Shown: positions 1 to 8,428 of the stretch, piece by piece | How positions within the stretch are numbered: position 1 is the first letter of the stretch | How the letters are laid out: each line of letters begins with the position of its first letter | Assembly (NCBI GenBank): GCA_022759165.1 | Contig: JAEMPT010000082.1 | Span: 1-35,360, forward strand | DNA: 35,360 bases | Reading direction: 5' to 3' | From: Thermoprotei archaeon | GTDB taxonomy: Archaea > Thermoproteota > Thermoprotei_A > Sulfolobales > Fervidicoccaceae | Notes under the pieces: model-generated | Databases searched by the model: none | Seen by the model: only the letters and a program-made list of their open reading frames with translations | What the model was told of the DNA's origin: nothing | Position numbers and translations under genes: made by a program

Positions 1-67
1 AAAAATTGGTTATTCTTAGATCTGAACCTAACTAAAGCCGTGCTTTGCGAGTTGGTCACAGGCCTTC

Positions 68-1336
68 TCAGATCTGCCCTCTAAGTTTCATTGCTTTGTA
101 AATCCTCTCGACGGATAGAGCAAATGATGCGTCTCTCATCGTCACCAGCTTATCGGCGTTCTTATCGCTGAGCCTCTTCCATGCTTCCATAACCCTCTTG
201 AAGTTATCCATCATTATGATCCTTAGCTTTTCCCTTGCCTCCTCTTCGCTCCAATTGAACCAATATAGGTTCTGAACCCATTCGAGATATGACATTACAA
301 CTCCACCGGAGTTGGCCAAAATGTCTGGTATTACTGCGTGGAAGCCTTTTCTCGAATACAGAAGCTTTTCTGCCTCTGGAACTGTTGGTCCGTTCGCCCC
401 CTCAACTATAAGCTTTGCCTTTACTCTCTCCACCTTTTCAGGAGTTATTACGTTCTCCAGTGATGCTGGCACAAGTATATCGGCATCGACGAACAGCGGC
501 ACATCTGTGTCGTTGGACTTCTGACCCTTAGGATATGTCCTAACATCCTTTATCACTTCGGGCTTACTTATCGCTAACTCGACGTCTATACCATTCGGAT
601 CGTATACGCTTCCATAAATGTTGCTAATGGCTATCACCTTAGCTCCTAGCTTTGATAGCCAATAGGCGGCATAGCTACCGACGTTCCCAAATCCATGTAC
701 AGCTACCTTTTTGCCTTCAATCCCACCCATGAAAGCATCAGCAGCTGCTTTCGCTAGGATAGCTACTCCAAATCCTGTTGAGTAGATCCTTGCAGGATTT
801 CCCCATAACTCAGGAGGCTTTCCGGTGAAAACTGCAGGTACGTTCCTCCCGGACAGCTTGCTATATTCGTCCACCATCCAAGCCATGATCTGTGGATTCG
901 TATTAACGTCAGGCGCGGGTATATCAACTTCGGGACCAATGAATTTGTATAGAGCCCTGACGTACCCTCTGCTCAACTCTTCCAGCTCGCGCGAGCTTAA
1001 TTTAGTTGGGTCAACCTTGACTGCCCCCTTTCCACCGCCGTACGGAATGTTTGCGAGGCTGTTTTTTAAAGTCATTCCCAACGCTAAAGCCATATCTGTA
1101 TCTAGTGTTACATCTGGATGATATCTAATTCCTCCTTTGTAAGGTCCCAAGACGCTGTTGTGTTGTACTCTGTATCCTTCAAAAACTGCCACCTTTCCGT
1201 TATCCATCTTAACAGGTATTTTTACTGAAATGACTCTTTCGGGCTTGAAGATCAGGTCGTGGAGCTCTTCAGGAAGACCGCCTAATGATATAGCTTCTTT
1301 TAGAACCTGAGACATCCACTGAAGGTACGAAGCCAT
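68..1336 (-). CDS. gdhA: NAD(P)-dependent glutamate dehydrogenase
   Basis: ORF 68..1399. It has the Glu/Leu/Phe/Val dehydrogenase glycine-rich catalytic-Lys segment NIPYGGGKGAVKVDP and the dinucleotide fold VAVHGFGNVGSYAA. The expected length of about 420 aa favours the ATG at 1336 (MASYLQWMSQ...). The 21-codon extension to 1399 reads through AT-rich promoter-like sequence. Confidence 0.9.
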   Translation of the reverse strand: MASYLQWMSQVLKEAISLGGLPEELHDLIFKPERVISVKIPVKMDNGKVAVFEGYRVQHNSVLGPYKGGIRYHPDVTLDTDMALALGMTLKNSLANIPYGGGKGAVKVDPTKLSSRELEELSRGYVRALYKFIGPEVDIPAPDVNTNPQIMAWMVDEYSKLSGRNVPAVFTGKPPELWGNPARIYSTGFGVAILAKAAADAFMGGIEGKKVAVHGFGNVGSYAAYWLSKLGAKVIAISNIYGSVYDPNGIDVELAISKPEVIKDVRTYPKGQKSNDTDVPLFVDADILVPASLENVITPEKVERVKAKLIVEGANGPTVPEAEKLLYSRKGFHAVIPDILANSGGVVMSYLEWVQNLYWFNWSEEEAREKLRIIMMDNFKRVMEAWKRLSDKNADKLVTMRDASFALSVERIYKAMKLRGQI

Positions 1337-1622
1337 GGCGACATCACTTTTCCAATAATAAATAATAAGAAATAAGTATTTATAAATTTCTGTATTCATT
1401 TAAACTTATAAACAGATTTTCTTAAATGTTAAAAATATTATTTTAACTAGTATGTTTAATAACACTCCAAAGAATTAGGTTAAAATAGATTCGGAAAAAA
1501 TATTTAATGATTTTAGCTAATATAAAAGCTAGTAAGAATTCAAGAAGAATTTGCACCTTAGATTGAGAAAAGTGCGCCTAGACGTTTTAGTTGAAAATAT
1601 TGAATTGGGGTGTCGTTAAAAT

Positions 1623-3755
1623 TTGGCTAAGAGGAAGGACAAACTGGTGCGTTCGCTCGGCTTCATGCATACGTTCTTCATAGGCCTAGGCGCGATCATC
1701 GGCGGTTCGATAGTTGTTCTAATAGGACCAACTATAGCCTTGAGCGGCACATTAGGAGCATTGTTCACACTAATTTTCAGCTCTTTGGTAGCAACTTTGA
1801 CTGCCTTAGTATACACGGAGATCACCTCGGCGATACCCGAAGTTGGAGGGGGTTATATCTGGGCTAAGCTTACGATGCCTAGGCCCTTCCCTTTCTTTGC
1901 TGGTTGGATAAATTGGCTAGCGCATACCATGGCTGGGACTTTTTACGCATTGTCTTTCGCTGTAATGTTCACACAGCTATTTCAGGGGCTCGGTTTCCAT
2001 TTAGGCTCGCATTTATACTTGGTTAATCGAATGATCGCATTAGCGCTGATATTCGTTTTTGCTTACTTAAATTACAGCGGAACTGCTAAAGTAGGGTGGT
2101 TTTCAGTCCTGATTGGTGTGTTCTTTGTATCGATCATATTGCTATATGGAGTTTACGGAACGTTTTTTGGGATAACTACAGGTAAGCTGAGCTCCGCATT
2201 ATTCGACAGCGTTCAGTTCACTAATTTGCCATCGATATTCGTTAGTATGATCACTGTCGTAATTGCCTTCGAAGGATACGAGATACTGGCACAAACGGCA
2301 GAGGAAGCTAAGTCTCCACTGAAAAGTCTGCCCAAGGCAATCTTGCTAACACTAGCCTCAGCAACATTTCTGTATTTGATCGTTACGATATCTACGATGG
2401 GAATTTTGGGGGATAGAGCATACGAATTTTCAGCCTTTTTTGGCGATAGGACCGTGATGGAGGCCGCTTCATTTTTGTTCAAATATGGCGGCCCCATTAT
2501 AGCGCTAAGCGGGCTCGCTACGATATTGTCTTCTATAAATTCCACGATGTTTTCTTCCTCAAGGGTTCTCCTAGCCATGGCAAGAGCTGGAGAGTTCCCT
2601 AAGTTCTTCTCAGAGATCCATGAAAAGCACAAAACCCCATCAAAATCTATCCTATTCACTGCTGCTATTATGGCTGTTATGTCTTTCTTCATGGACTTGC
2701 TTCTTTCCGCCTTCGTGGTAGGTATACTCTTCAACTTGTTATTCATAGTTGTAAATTACTCCGGGATAAAGCTAAGGCTTCTATATGAAAAGAAGCTAAA
2801 TTATGGTTTCAAGACTCCCCTTTTTCCCATAATTCCGCTGAGCGGGCTCGTTGTTAAGATATTTTTCTTCTTCGCTGCATTAATATTTAGCCCTATAGCA
2901 ACTCTCATAACACTCGGCCTAGTTGCTCTCGGAGGAGTGCTGTACAAGGGTTTCTTTTTTAAGTATGAGGTAGAGCATGAACTTCCCATCGTAACTGCTT
3001 ACGGTAGCCTTATAAGAAAAGACTTCAGGGTAATGGTCCTTTATCCTTCAAGCAAGAAAATTGGCATAGTACAGATAGCGGCCCATATTGCTAAGCAAAA
3101 GGATGGCGAGGTCAACATCGCTCACATCATAAAAGTTCCTGAGCAGACTCCTTTATCCTTTGGGTCGAAACTGATGGAGAGAGATGCTAAGCCGTTAAAG
3201 GACATAACGGATCATCTAAACGAAATTGGAGTCCCTGCTAGGTACATTATAAGGGTCGCGCATTCTGTTCCGGACGCTTTATTGGCCTCTTTAGAGCAGG
3301 AGAAGATCGATCTATTGATAGCTGACCTAGAAGATGAGGGGAGACTGGTCTCCAGGATAGAGCTAGCCAGGAGGGCCTTTGCGAGCCATCCTATGTCAGG
3401 CTGTGATCTATTGCTTGTGAACTCGTTTTATCCCTACGTATCTTATATCAGAGCCAAGTCAATAATAGTTCTTGGAAGAGAAAATGAGAAGAGCCTCGCT
3501 CAAAGGGTTGAGGAGCTGTTTCCGGGCAAGGAAATAACTTTACGAGTAATAGAATCTAGCAAGAGAGAAGAGATAATGAAGGTGATCGAAGAGATAAGGA
3601 CTAGCGGAGAAGAAGTGGGGATCATCGTATTCAGTTACTCTCTCTGGTCTTTAGTGAGGAGGTACAAAAACAGGATCTTCACGCCATTCATGGTTTTCAA
3701 GAGGGGCGCCTTTTCAATGGAAGAGTTCAAATCGCTTTTCATCAGATGGAGGTAG
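1623..3755 (+). CDS. APC-superfamily amino acid/polyamine permease fused to a C-terminal USP-like tandem domain
   Basis: 710-aa ORF. The N-terminal ~440 aa are strongly hydrophobic (about 12 helices) with an APC-type start (SLGFMHTFFIGLGAIIGGSI). The C-terminal ~250 aa are soluble with two alpha/beta USP-like halves (FRVMVLYPSS..., SIIVLGRENEK...). The start is TTG at 1623, with GTG 1647 or ATG 1668 as alternatives. Confidence 0.75.
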   Translation: MAKRKDKLVRSLGFMHTFFIGLGAIIGGSIVVLIGPTIALSGTLGALFTLIFSSLVATLTALVYTEITSAIPEVGGGYIWAKLTMPRPFPFFAGWINWLAHTMAGTFYALSFAVMFTQLFQGLGFHLGSHLYLVNRMIALALIFVFAYLNYSGTAKVGWFSVLIGVFFVSIILLYGVYGTFFGITTGKLSSALFDSVQFTNLPSIFVSMITVVIAFEGYEILAQTAEEAKSPLKSLPKAILLTLASATFLYLIVTISTMGILGDRAYEFSAFFGDRTVMEAASFLFKYGGPIIALSGLATILSSINSTMFSSSRVLLAMARAGEFPKFFSEIHEKHKTPSKSILFTAAIMAVMSFFMDLLLSAFVVGILFNLLFIVVNYSGIKLRLLYEKKLNYGFKTPLFPIIPLSGLVVKIFFFFAALIFSPIATLITLGLVALGGVLYKGFFFKYEVEHELPIVTAYGSLIRKDFRVMVLYPSSKKIGIVQIAAHIAKQKDGEVNIAHIIKVPEQTPLSFGSKLMERDAKPLKDITDHLNEIGVPARYIIRVAHSVPDALLASLEQEKIDLLIADLEDEGRLVSRIELARRAFASHPMSGCDLLLVNSFYPYVSYIRAKSIIVLGRENEKSLAQRVEELFPGKEITLRVIESSKREEIMKVIEEIRTSGEEVGIIVFSYSLWSLVRRYKNRIFTPFMVFKRGAFSMEEFKSLFIRWR

Positions 3756-3762
3756 AAATTCC

Positions 3763-4713
3763 ATGAGCCTATTGGGCGCCTCTCTTGAAATCCTCATAGG
3801 CATAGGGCTCGTAATTTTAGCTGGCATAATGGTCGAGGAGCTTGTTGATTGGATTTCATGGAGAATAAACAAGTCAAGCGCAAGTATAGCCATGATCTTG
3901 GCTCCACTGATGACCTCAGCACCAGAAATGGCAGTATTTGTCATAGCTCTAGTAGAAGGAAAAAAGAACATCGCTTGGGGAACAATCGTTTCGCAGCCAT
4001 TTATGGCGAGCACGATAATTTATCCAGCCGTAGTTCTGGTCGCAATAGCATCATACTACTTTGGCAAAAGAAAAAGCAGAGTCGTTAGAGTGCACAAGTT
4101 TGTGGCAGTACCTTTGTTAGCATTTACGTTGCCATTGCTGCCAATAATGTTTCTTCACCCCGAGACGCACGGCATCTACGGCAGGATTTATGGCATAGTT
4201 ATTATAGCTGTATATTTCATTTATTCTTATTTCATGCTAAGAGGAGAATCAAACGTAGCAAAAGAGCCTTCCTTGAAGTTAAAGCTTCCCTTTTTGCAGG
4301 TAGGCTCTTCTGTGGTTATGCTATATGTTGGCGGAGAGCTCATGGTACGCGGAATATACGCTTTAGGGATTCTGCTTAATATGAATGAAACCGCTCTATC
4401 AGTGCTAATTGTTCCTCTTGCTACAGTAGTGCCAGAGTCGATAGTCGGTCTCATCTTCATTGTAAAGAATAGAGACGATGAGGGGATAAGCGCGATTGTG
4501 GGCGAAAAGGCCCTTTATGGTACATTCTACCCCGGGCTAGCCATGGCATTGGGTGCTTATACCTTGGATTTCGCTTCCAAAGCTGCCTTAGAAATCGCCT
4601 TGGTAGTATCTCCGATAGAATCTATAGCAATATGGTTCGGATATTTCGGTGTGACCGCCCCGATTGGTATTCTAGGCTACATACTTTATCTCATTAAGGT
4701 TCTCATGATTTGA
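3763..4713 (+). CDS. Ca2+/cation antiporter (CaCA)-like membrane protein
   Basis: 316 aa, about 10 TM segments. Two internal alpha-repeat-like motifs, LAPLMTSAPEMAVF and LVPLATVVPESIVG, resemble the G(S/T)SxPE repeats of Na+/Ca2+ exchangers. The ATG lies 7 nt after the permease stop, so co-transcription is likely. Confidence 0.55.
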   Translation: MSLLGASLEILIGIGLVILAGIMVEELVDWISWRINKSSASIAMILAPLMTSAPEMAVFVIALVEGKKNIAWGTIVSQPFMASTIIYPAVVLVAIASYYFGKRKSRVVRVHKFVAVPLLAFTLPLLPIMFLHPETHGIYGRIYGIVIIAVYFIYSYFMLRGESNVAKEPSLKLKLPFLQVGSSVVMLYVGGELMVRGIYALGILLNMNETALSVLIVPLATVVPESIVGLIFIVKNRDDEGISAIVGEKALYGTFYPGLAMALGAYTLDFASKAALEIALVVSPIESIAIWFGYFGVTAPIGILGYILYLIKVLMI

Positions 4714-4840
4714 TTCATTCGCCGATTCCTGTAAAGGATGGTCTCCAGTTGTAATAATTATAAAATAGTTTCATTCACCCCTCTCCAGCTACTTTTTGTC
4801 AATCCAAACTTTTCTAATCAAAAGAGAAAATTTTCCATAG

Positions 4841-5557
4841 ATGGTACCTAGCGCTGAGGCGACGTATGTGGAGATTCGTCAGCAGCTGGCAAAGCAAAGT
4901 TGCATCAAAATAGGAATCCCTACTATTGATCATCTAGCAGGATGTCTCCCGGGTGGGGCTATCTCCGAAATATATGGAGATTTTGATTTGATACTGCATG
5001 CCTCATATATAGCTGTGGCGAGCCTCCATTGTCGCGGCGGCGCAGCCTTAGGTATAGTGCAAGATAACCAGATGACCTATGACCTATACGCTGTGCGGAC
5101 GTTTCTGAGGATTATGGGATGCTCAGAGGATGGACTGTTGATTTCTAGAGCATTCAAAATAGAAGATGCTGTTGAGATGATTAAGGAAGCTATTTCGATT
5201 CCAGCCGAGAACTTAGTGATCTTCGACCCATATGTTCACTCTCCATTGCAACCAAAGGAATATTGGAGACTAACTCCACTAACGGCTGCTTTAAGGAAGG
5301 CTATGGTAAGTGGGAAGAGAATTGTTCTACTAAACCGGGTCACGAAGTTCGGTAGGTTTCTTCCGGAGGGAGGCAAAATGCACCACCACGCGATATCTGT
5401 AATAATTAAGCTCGAAAGGAATGGCAAGAAAAGCTACAGAGCTTTCTTAGTGAAGCATCCGAGTAAACCGGAAGCTTCTGCTTCAGGCTCGATAAGGGAA
5501 CTATATGAGGTGAGCCGAGAATGGGGAGGACAGTACCTTCTACTAGAATGGCTGTAG
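4841..5557 (+). CDS. RadA/RecA-fold paralogue with a destroyed Walker A motif (predicted inactive ATPase)
   Basis: The N-terminus IGIPTIDHLAGCLPGGAISEIYGDFDLILHASYIAV aligns to the RadA-paralogue pattern TGIxxLDxLLGGGLPxGxxxxIxGxxGxGKTxL. The GxGKT box is replaced by DFDLILHA, so there is no Lys/Thr. A Walker-B-like strand ENLVIFDP is retained. This is the first gene of the PolB2 module. Confidence 0.6.
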   Translation: MVPSAEATYVEIRQQLAKQSCIKIGIPTIDHLAGCLPGGAISEIYGDFDLILHASYIAVASLHCRGGAALGIVQDNQMTYDLYAVRTFLRIMGCSEDGLLISRAFKIEDAVEMIKEAISIPAENLVIFDPYVHSPLQPKEYWRLTPLTAALRKAMVSGKRIVLLNRVTKFGRFLPEGGKMHHHAISVIIKLERNGKKSYRAFLVKHPSKPEASASGSIRELYEVSREWGGQYLLLEWL

Positions 5558-5775
5558 AATCTGAAGTAGATAGGATAAGGAAGTTGATGGATTATATTCA
5601 TGACCGTGAGCTGAAGAGGGCATTCGAGGAGATAATCGATAGCTATGCGGATATAGCCCCCGTTTTCAGGGCGGTGCCCCCATATGATAAGGCTTACGCT
5701 ATAGTTCTTGCCGGTTTAGCGAGGGCTCTGAAGAGGATAGATGAAATTGAGCGGAAGGTGGACTCTGGACGCTAG
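5548..5775 (+). CDS. Small (75 aa) predicted all-helical protein, middle gene of the PolB2 module
   Basis: ORF 5521..5775. The ATG at 5548 (MAVESEVDRIRKLMDY...) overlaps the upstream stop (5555-5557) by 10 nt. Composition is charged and helical, with no motif I recognise. Coding status rests on position and tight coupling between two recognisable genes. Confidence 0.45.
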   Translation: MAVESEVDRIRKLMDYIHDRELKRAFEEIIDSYADIAPVFRAVPPYDKAYAIVLAGLARALKRIDEIERKVDSGR

Positions 5776-5791
5776 ATTCCTCAGGGGAAAG

Positions 5792-7432
5792 ATGAGGTTA
5801 CTCCAACTTGATAGCGAGGGTAAGCTGGAGGTAAGAGAGTTAAAAAGCAGCTATCCTTTTTACTTTGATCCCTTGAAGCATAGCGCAGAGGAAATGAGTC
5901 GCTCTCTCATAGAGACCCCATTCGTCGTAGAGGTCTCGATAGAAGATTGGCTGATGCCACCTTGGTATGACTCTCGGAAGGAGCTCGTGAAGGTAGAAGT
6001 TGACTGTGCGCCTTGCTTCAAAAAAATAGCTAGAAGGATCGAGAGCATGGGAATCGCCAAGAGGCTCAACCTCCAGCCATCGAGCGAATCATTGGCGCTC
6101 ATGAGAATGGGGATAACAATGTTGGATTGGGAGGGGAAAGATCCATGGAGACTTGAGTTCGACTTCCCCCCTCTCAGGGTCATGCAAATCAAAGACATCA
6201 GCCCTGATGATGCTCTTATAGCTTCCTCGGAGCTGACTACAAGCGGAGTAATTGACAGGAATATCGAAAAAATTAGAAAAGAAAAGATTGGTTCGCAAGC
6301 CGTAGGAGAATTTACAGAGGGTCATCACATTGCTCTCATAGAAAGCAGATGGGTCACTTGTGAAGAAGTTTATGCGCCCGTCTGCATAGAAGAGCATGGC
6401 AACCCGGTCGAAGACTTGATAGGACTAATGGAGCTTTCCAGGCTTTCATATTCTAACCTGGACGAAACTGCCGAGAAAAGCATAGGGAAGATTCTAACGG
6501 ACATAGAGGCAATGGAGGCAGTTAACAGGAGAATGGCCGTTCCCCAAGCTAGATTGAGGGGCGATGCTTGGAGGGGGATAGAAGAGCTCTTAGAGGGAGA
6601 TAGCGGTGGCCTTGTCGGGCTTCCGAGACCAGGCATATACGAAAACGTCCTGCAGCTGGATTTCTCCAGTCTATACCCTACTATAATAGCGAAGTTCAAC
6701 ATATCGCCTGAAACCATCAACAGACCAAATTGCGAGAGAAGCCTAAGACCGCCCGGGAGCATGCATGAGATATGCATGGACATCGATGGACTTGTGGCGA
6801 GCACGCTAAAGAGGCTAGTAGATAGGAGGGAAAAGATTAGGTCGATGAACGGCTGGATGAATTCTAGGAGGGAAAAAGCGCTCAAGTGGATAATGGTGGC
6901 CAGCTTTGGATACCTTGGCTACAGAAATTCTCGCTTCGGCAGCGTCCCAGCATATGAGAGTGTTGTATCCATAGCGAGGGAGCTGATGAGGAAAGCTATC
7001 GTCGTTGCTTCCCAGGCCGGTTACGAAGTGATCCATTTTATAGTAGACAGCATATTCGCGTGGAAGCAAGGAAAGAGATTTTCCGAGAATGAGGCGGTTG
7101 AGCTCAAAGATATGATCGAAAGATCCACCGGGATGAAGATAAAGTTTGAAAATGTGTTCAGATACCTTGTAATACCGAGAACAGAAGCAACGGTGAGGAG
7201 GGGGGCCCCAAATAGATACTATGGGGTGACGAGCGAGGGCAGATTGATCGTGAAGGGTGTGAAGTGTCCAGAAATCGATGGGACCTTTATACCGAGGGAC
7301 TTAGAGAATGCGGTCCTCCAGGTCCTCTTATTAAACGAGCACCCGAGGAGATTATGCTTCCAGCTTTCATCTCTACTTAATAAAAGCGATATATCGAAGG
7401 AAGCGATGCAGAAAAATACGATCAGCCTATGA
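5792..7432 (+). CDS. polB2: Family B DNA polymerase, PolB2 (Dpo2)-like, no exonuclease motifs, altered motif C
   Basis: Motif A LQLDFSSLYPTII is intact. Motif B-like is KWIMVASFGYLGY. The motif C position reads VIHFIVDSIF against the consensus VIYGDTDSxF, so the first Asp is replaced by Ile and the second Asp is kept. A KxY-like segment NRYYGVTSEGRLIVKGV is present. No DxE (Exo I), Exo II or Exo III was recognisable. Length is 547-563 aa versus ~780 aa for canonical archaeal PolB. Start is ATG 5792 (16 nt after the small ORF stop, preceded by AGGGGAAAG) or ATG 5741. Confidence 0.8.
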   Translation: MRLLQLDSEGKLEVRELKSSYPFYFDPLKHSAEEMSRSLIETPFVVEVSIEDWLMPPWYDSRKELVKVEVDCAPCFKKIARRIESMGIAKRLNLQPSSESLALMRMGITMLDWEGKDPWRLEFDFPPLRVMQIKDISPDDALIASSELTTSGVIDRNIEKIRKEKIGSQAVGEFTEGHHIALIESRWVTCEEVYAPVCIEEHGNPVEDLIGLMELSRLSYSNLDETAEKSIGKILTDIEAMEAVNRRMAVPQARLRGDAWRGIEELLEGDSGGLVGLPRPGIYENVLQLDFSSLYPTIIAKFNISPETINRPNCERSLRPPGSMHEICMDIDGLVASTLKRLVDRREKIRSMNGWMNSRREKALKWIMVASFGYLGYRNSRFGSVPAYESVVSIARELMRKAIVVASQAGYEVIHFIVDSIFAWKQGKRFSENEAVELKDMIERSTGMKIKFENVFRYLVIPRTEATVRRGAPNRYYGVTSEGRLIVKGVKCPEIDGTFIPRDLENAVLQVLLLNEHPRRLCFQLSSLLNKSDISKEAMQKNTISL

Positions 7433-8225
7433 GAACTGTTGCCCCCCTAGAGAGCCTAGATATCGATGCTCTCCCCTGCTTCTTTATATAATCTGAAGCC
7501 TCTGCATTTAGCTTCATTAGATAGGGGCTACATGTAGTAGAGGAGGGGAGCAACAGGTATTCTTTCCCTTCCCCAGGAAATAGCGGTAGCGATGAAGGTC
7601 TATCACCGCTCTGAGCTGACGCGTATATCGCATTCGATGCTCTTATGATGGCTTTGGCTCCTGCCTCGCTTTCTCCCGCATATATTAAGGAAAGACCTTC
7701 TATCATATCGTAGATCGAGCTCTTAGGTGCTATGATTTCCAAGGTTTTCGGCTCCCTATAGAGAACTGCCACCCTAAGTGCTTCATGCGGATAAAAGTAT
7801 CTGAGCAATGCAGGGGCCTTCTCTCCTATCGAGTATATATTCATGCCTCCCAGCAATGATGAAGCTAGAATAGCCTTGAGCTCTTGCGGAGCATTAAGTT
7901 CATTGACGATGTTAACTTCTCTTTTTAAAGCGTAAAACGAGGACAATATGGCAGCGATCGAGCACGAAATGCAATCTTCTCTCTCCAAAGGCTTTCTCGG
8001 GAAGAATAGCTGAGCCCTACCTAGTCCAAACATGCTCAATATCTTTTCTATTTCGTCATTCGATTGTGCGCAACTACATTTAAGGGTAAGCTTAAGGCCT
8101 GTACCTTCATTTATTGCCTCAGATGTATATTCTTCCCCTTCGATCGCCAGTAAGAATATCAGGCGAGAATCGTCTGCCCTTAACCGGGAAATGATCATCT
8201 CAGGAACCGTGGCAATTGCTCTCAT
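7422..8225 (-). CDS. Hypothetical protein, possibly a degenerate GHMP-kinase-fold (archaeal shikimate/pantoate-kinase-like) protein
   Basis: 267-aa ORF convergent with polB2; the 3' ends overlap by 11 nt. The segment PLEREDCISCSIAAILSSFYALKRE sits where GHMP kinases carry PxGSGLGSSAA followed by a helix. A later LLLPSSTTCSPYLM sits where motif 3 (GxGxGPS) would be. The assignment comes from remembered patterns only. Confidence 0.4.
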   Translation of the reverse strand: MRAIATVPEMIISRLRADDSRLIFLLAIEGEEYTSEAINEGTGLKLTLKCSCAQSNDEIEKILSMFGLGRAQLFFPRKPLEREDCISCSIAAILSSFYALKREVNIVNELNAPQELKAILASSLLGGMNIYSIGEKAPALLRYFYPHEALRVAVLYREPKTLEIIAPKSSIYDMIEGLSLIYAGESEAGAKAIIRASNAIYASAQSGDRPSSLPLFPGEGKEYLLLPSSTTCSPYLMKLNAEASDYIKKQGRASISRLSRGATVLIG

Positions 8226-8428
8226 ATTCTTACCTCAAGGTTTTAGTTCGGAAATCCCTTGTGACCTCTGAATTAACTGAAGAAGTTATGGGCTATTCGT
8301 CCTCTTTTAATTTATTTCTTTTACTAGCATTTTTTTAATTGGCTAGGGTTAAAGAACGTTTTAGCTCGTCGATGAGCAGGAGTTTTTATTTCAGGCCCTT
8401 CAAATGCAAAGATCAGCGAAGGTGGAAT

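Noticed and set aside
1337-1399. N-terminal extensions offered by the ORF track: gdhA to 1399, DUF72 from 8339, ABC ATPases from 18955 and 21952, KH protein to 30612, NMD3 to 32956, cbiM to 27617
   Set aside because: The family-typical N-termini begin at the internal starts. The extensions run through upstream genes or AT-rich promoter sequence.
2213-2746. Long antisense ORFs inside recognised genes. These include 312-524, 825-1121, 2213-2746, 5860-6198, 6089-6397, 6370-6885, 8545-8931, 12883-13239, 14509-14932, 21718-22083, 22299-22688, 25571-25981, 28722-29039, 30119-30418 and 34095-34439
   Set aside because: All are shadow frames opposite strongly supported genes. Their composition is low-complexity Ser/Leu/Pro-rich and they have no recognisable motifs or start signals.
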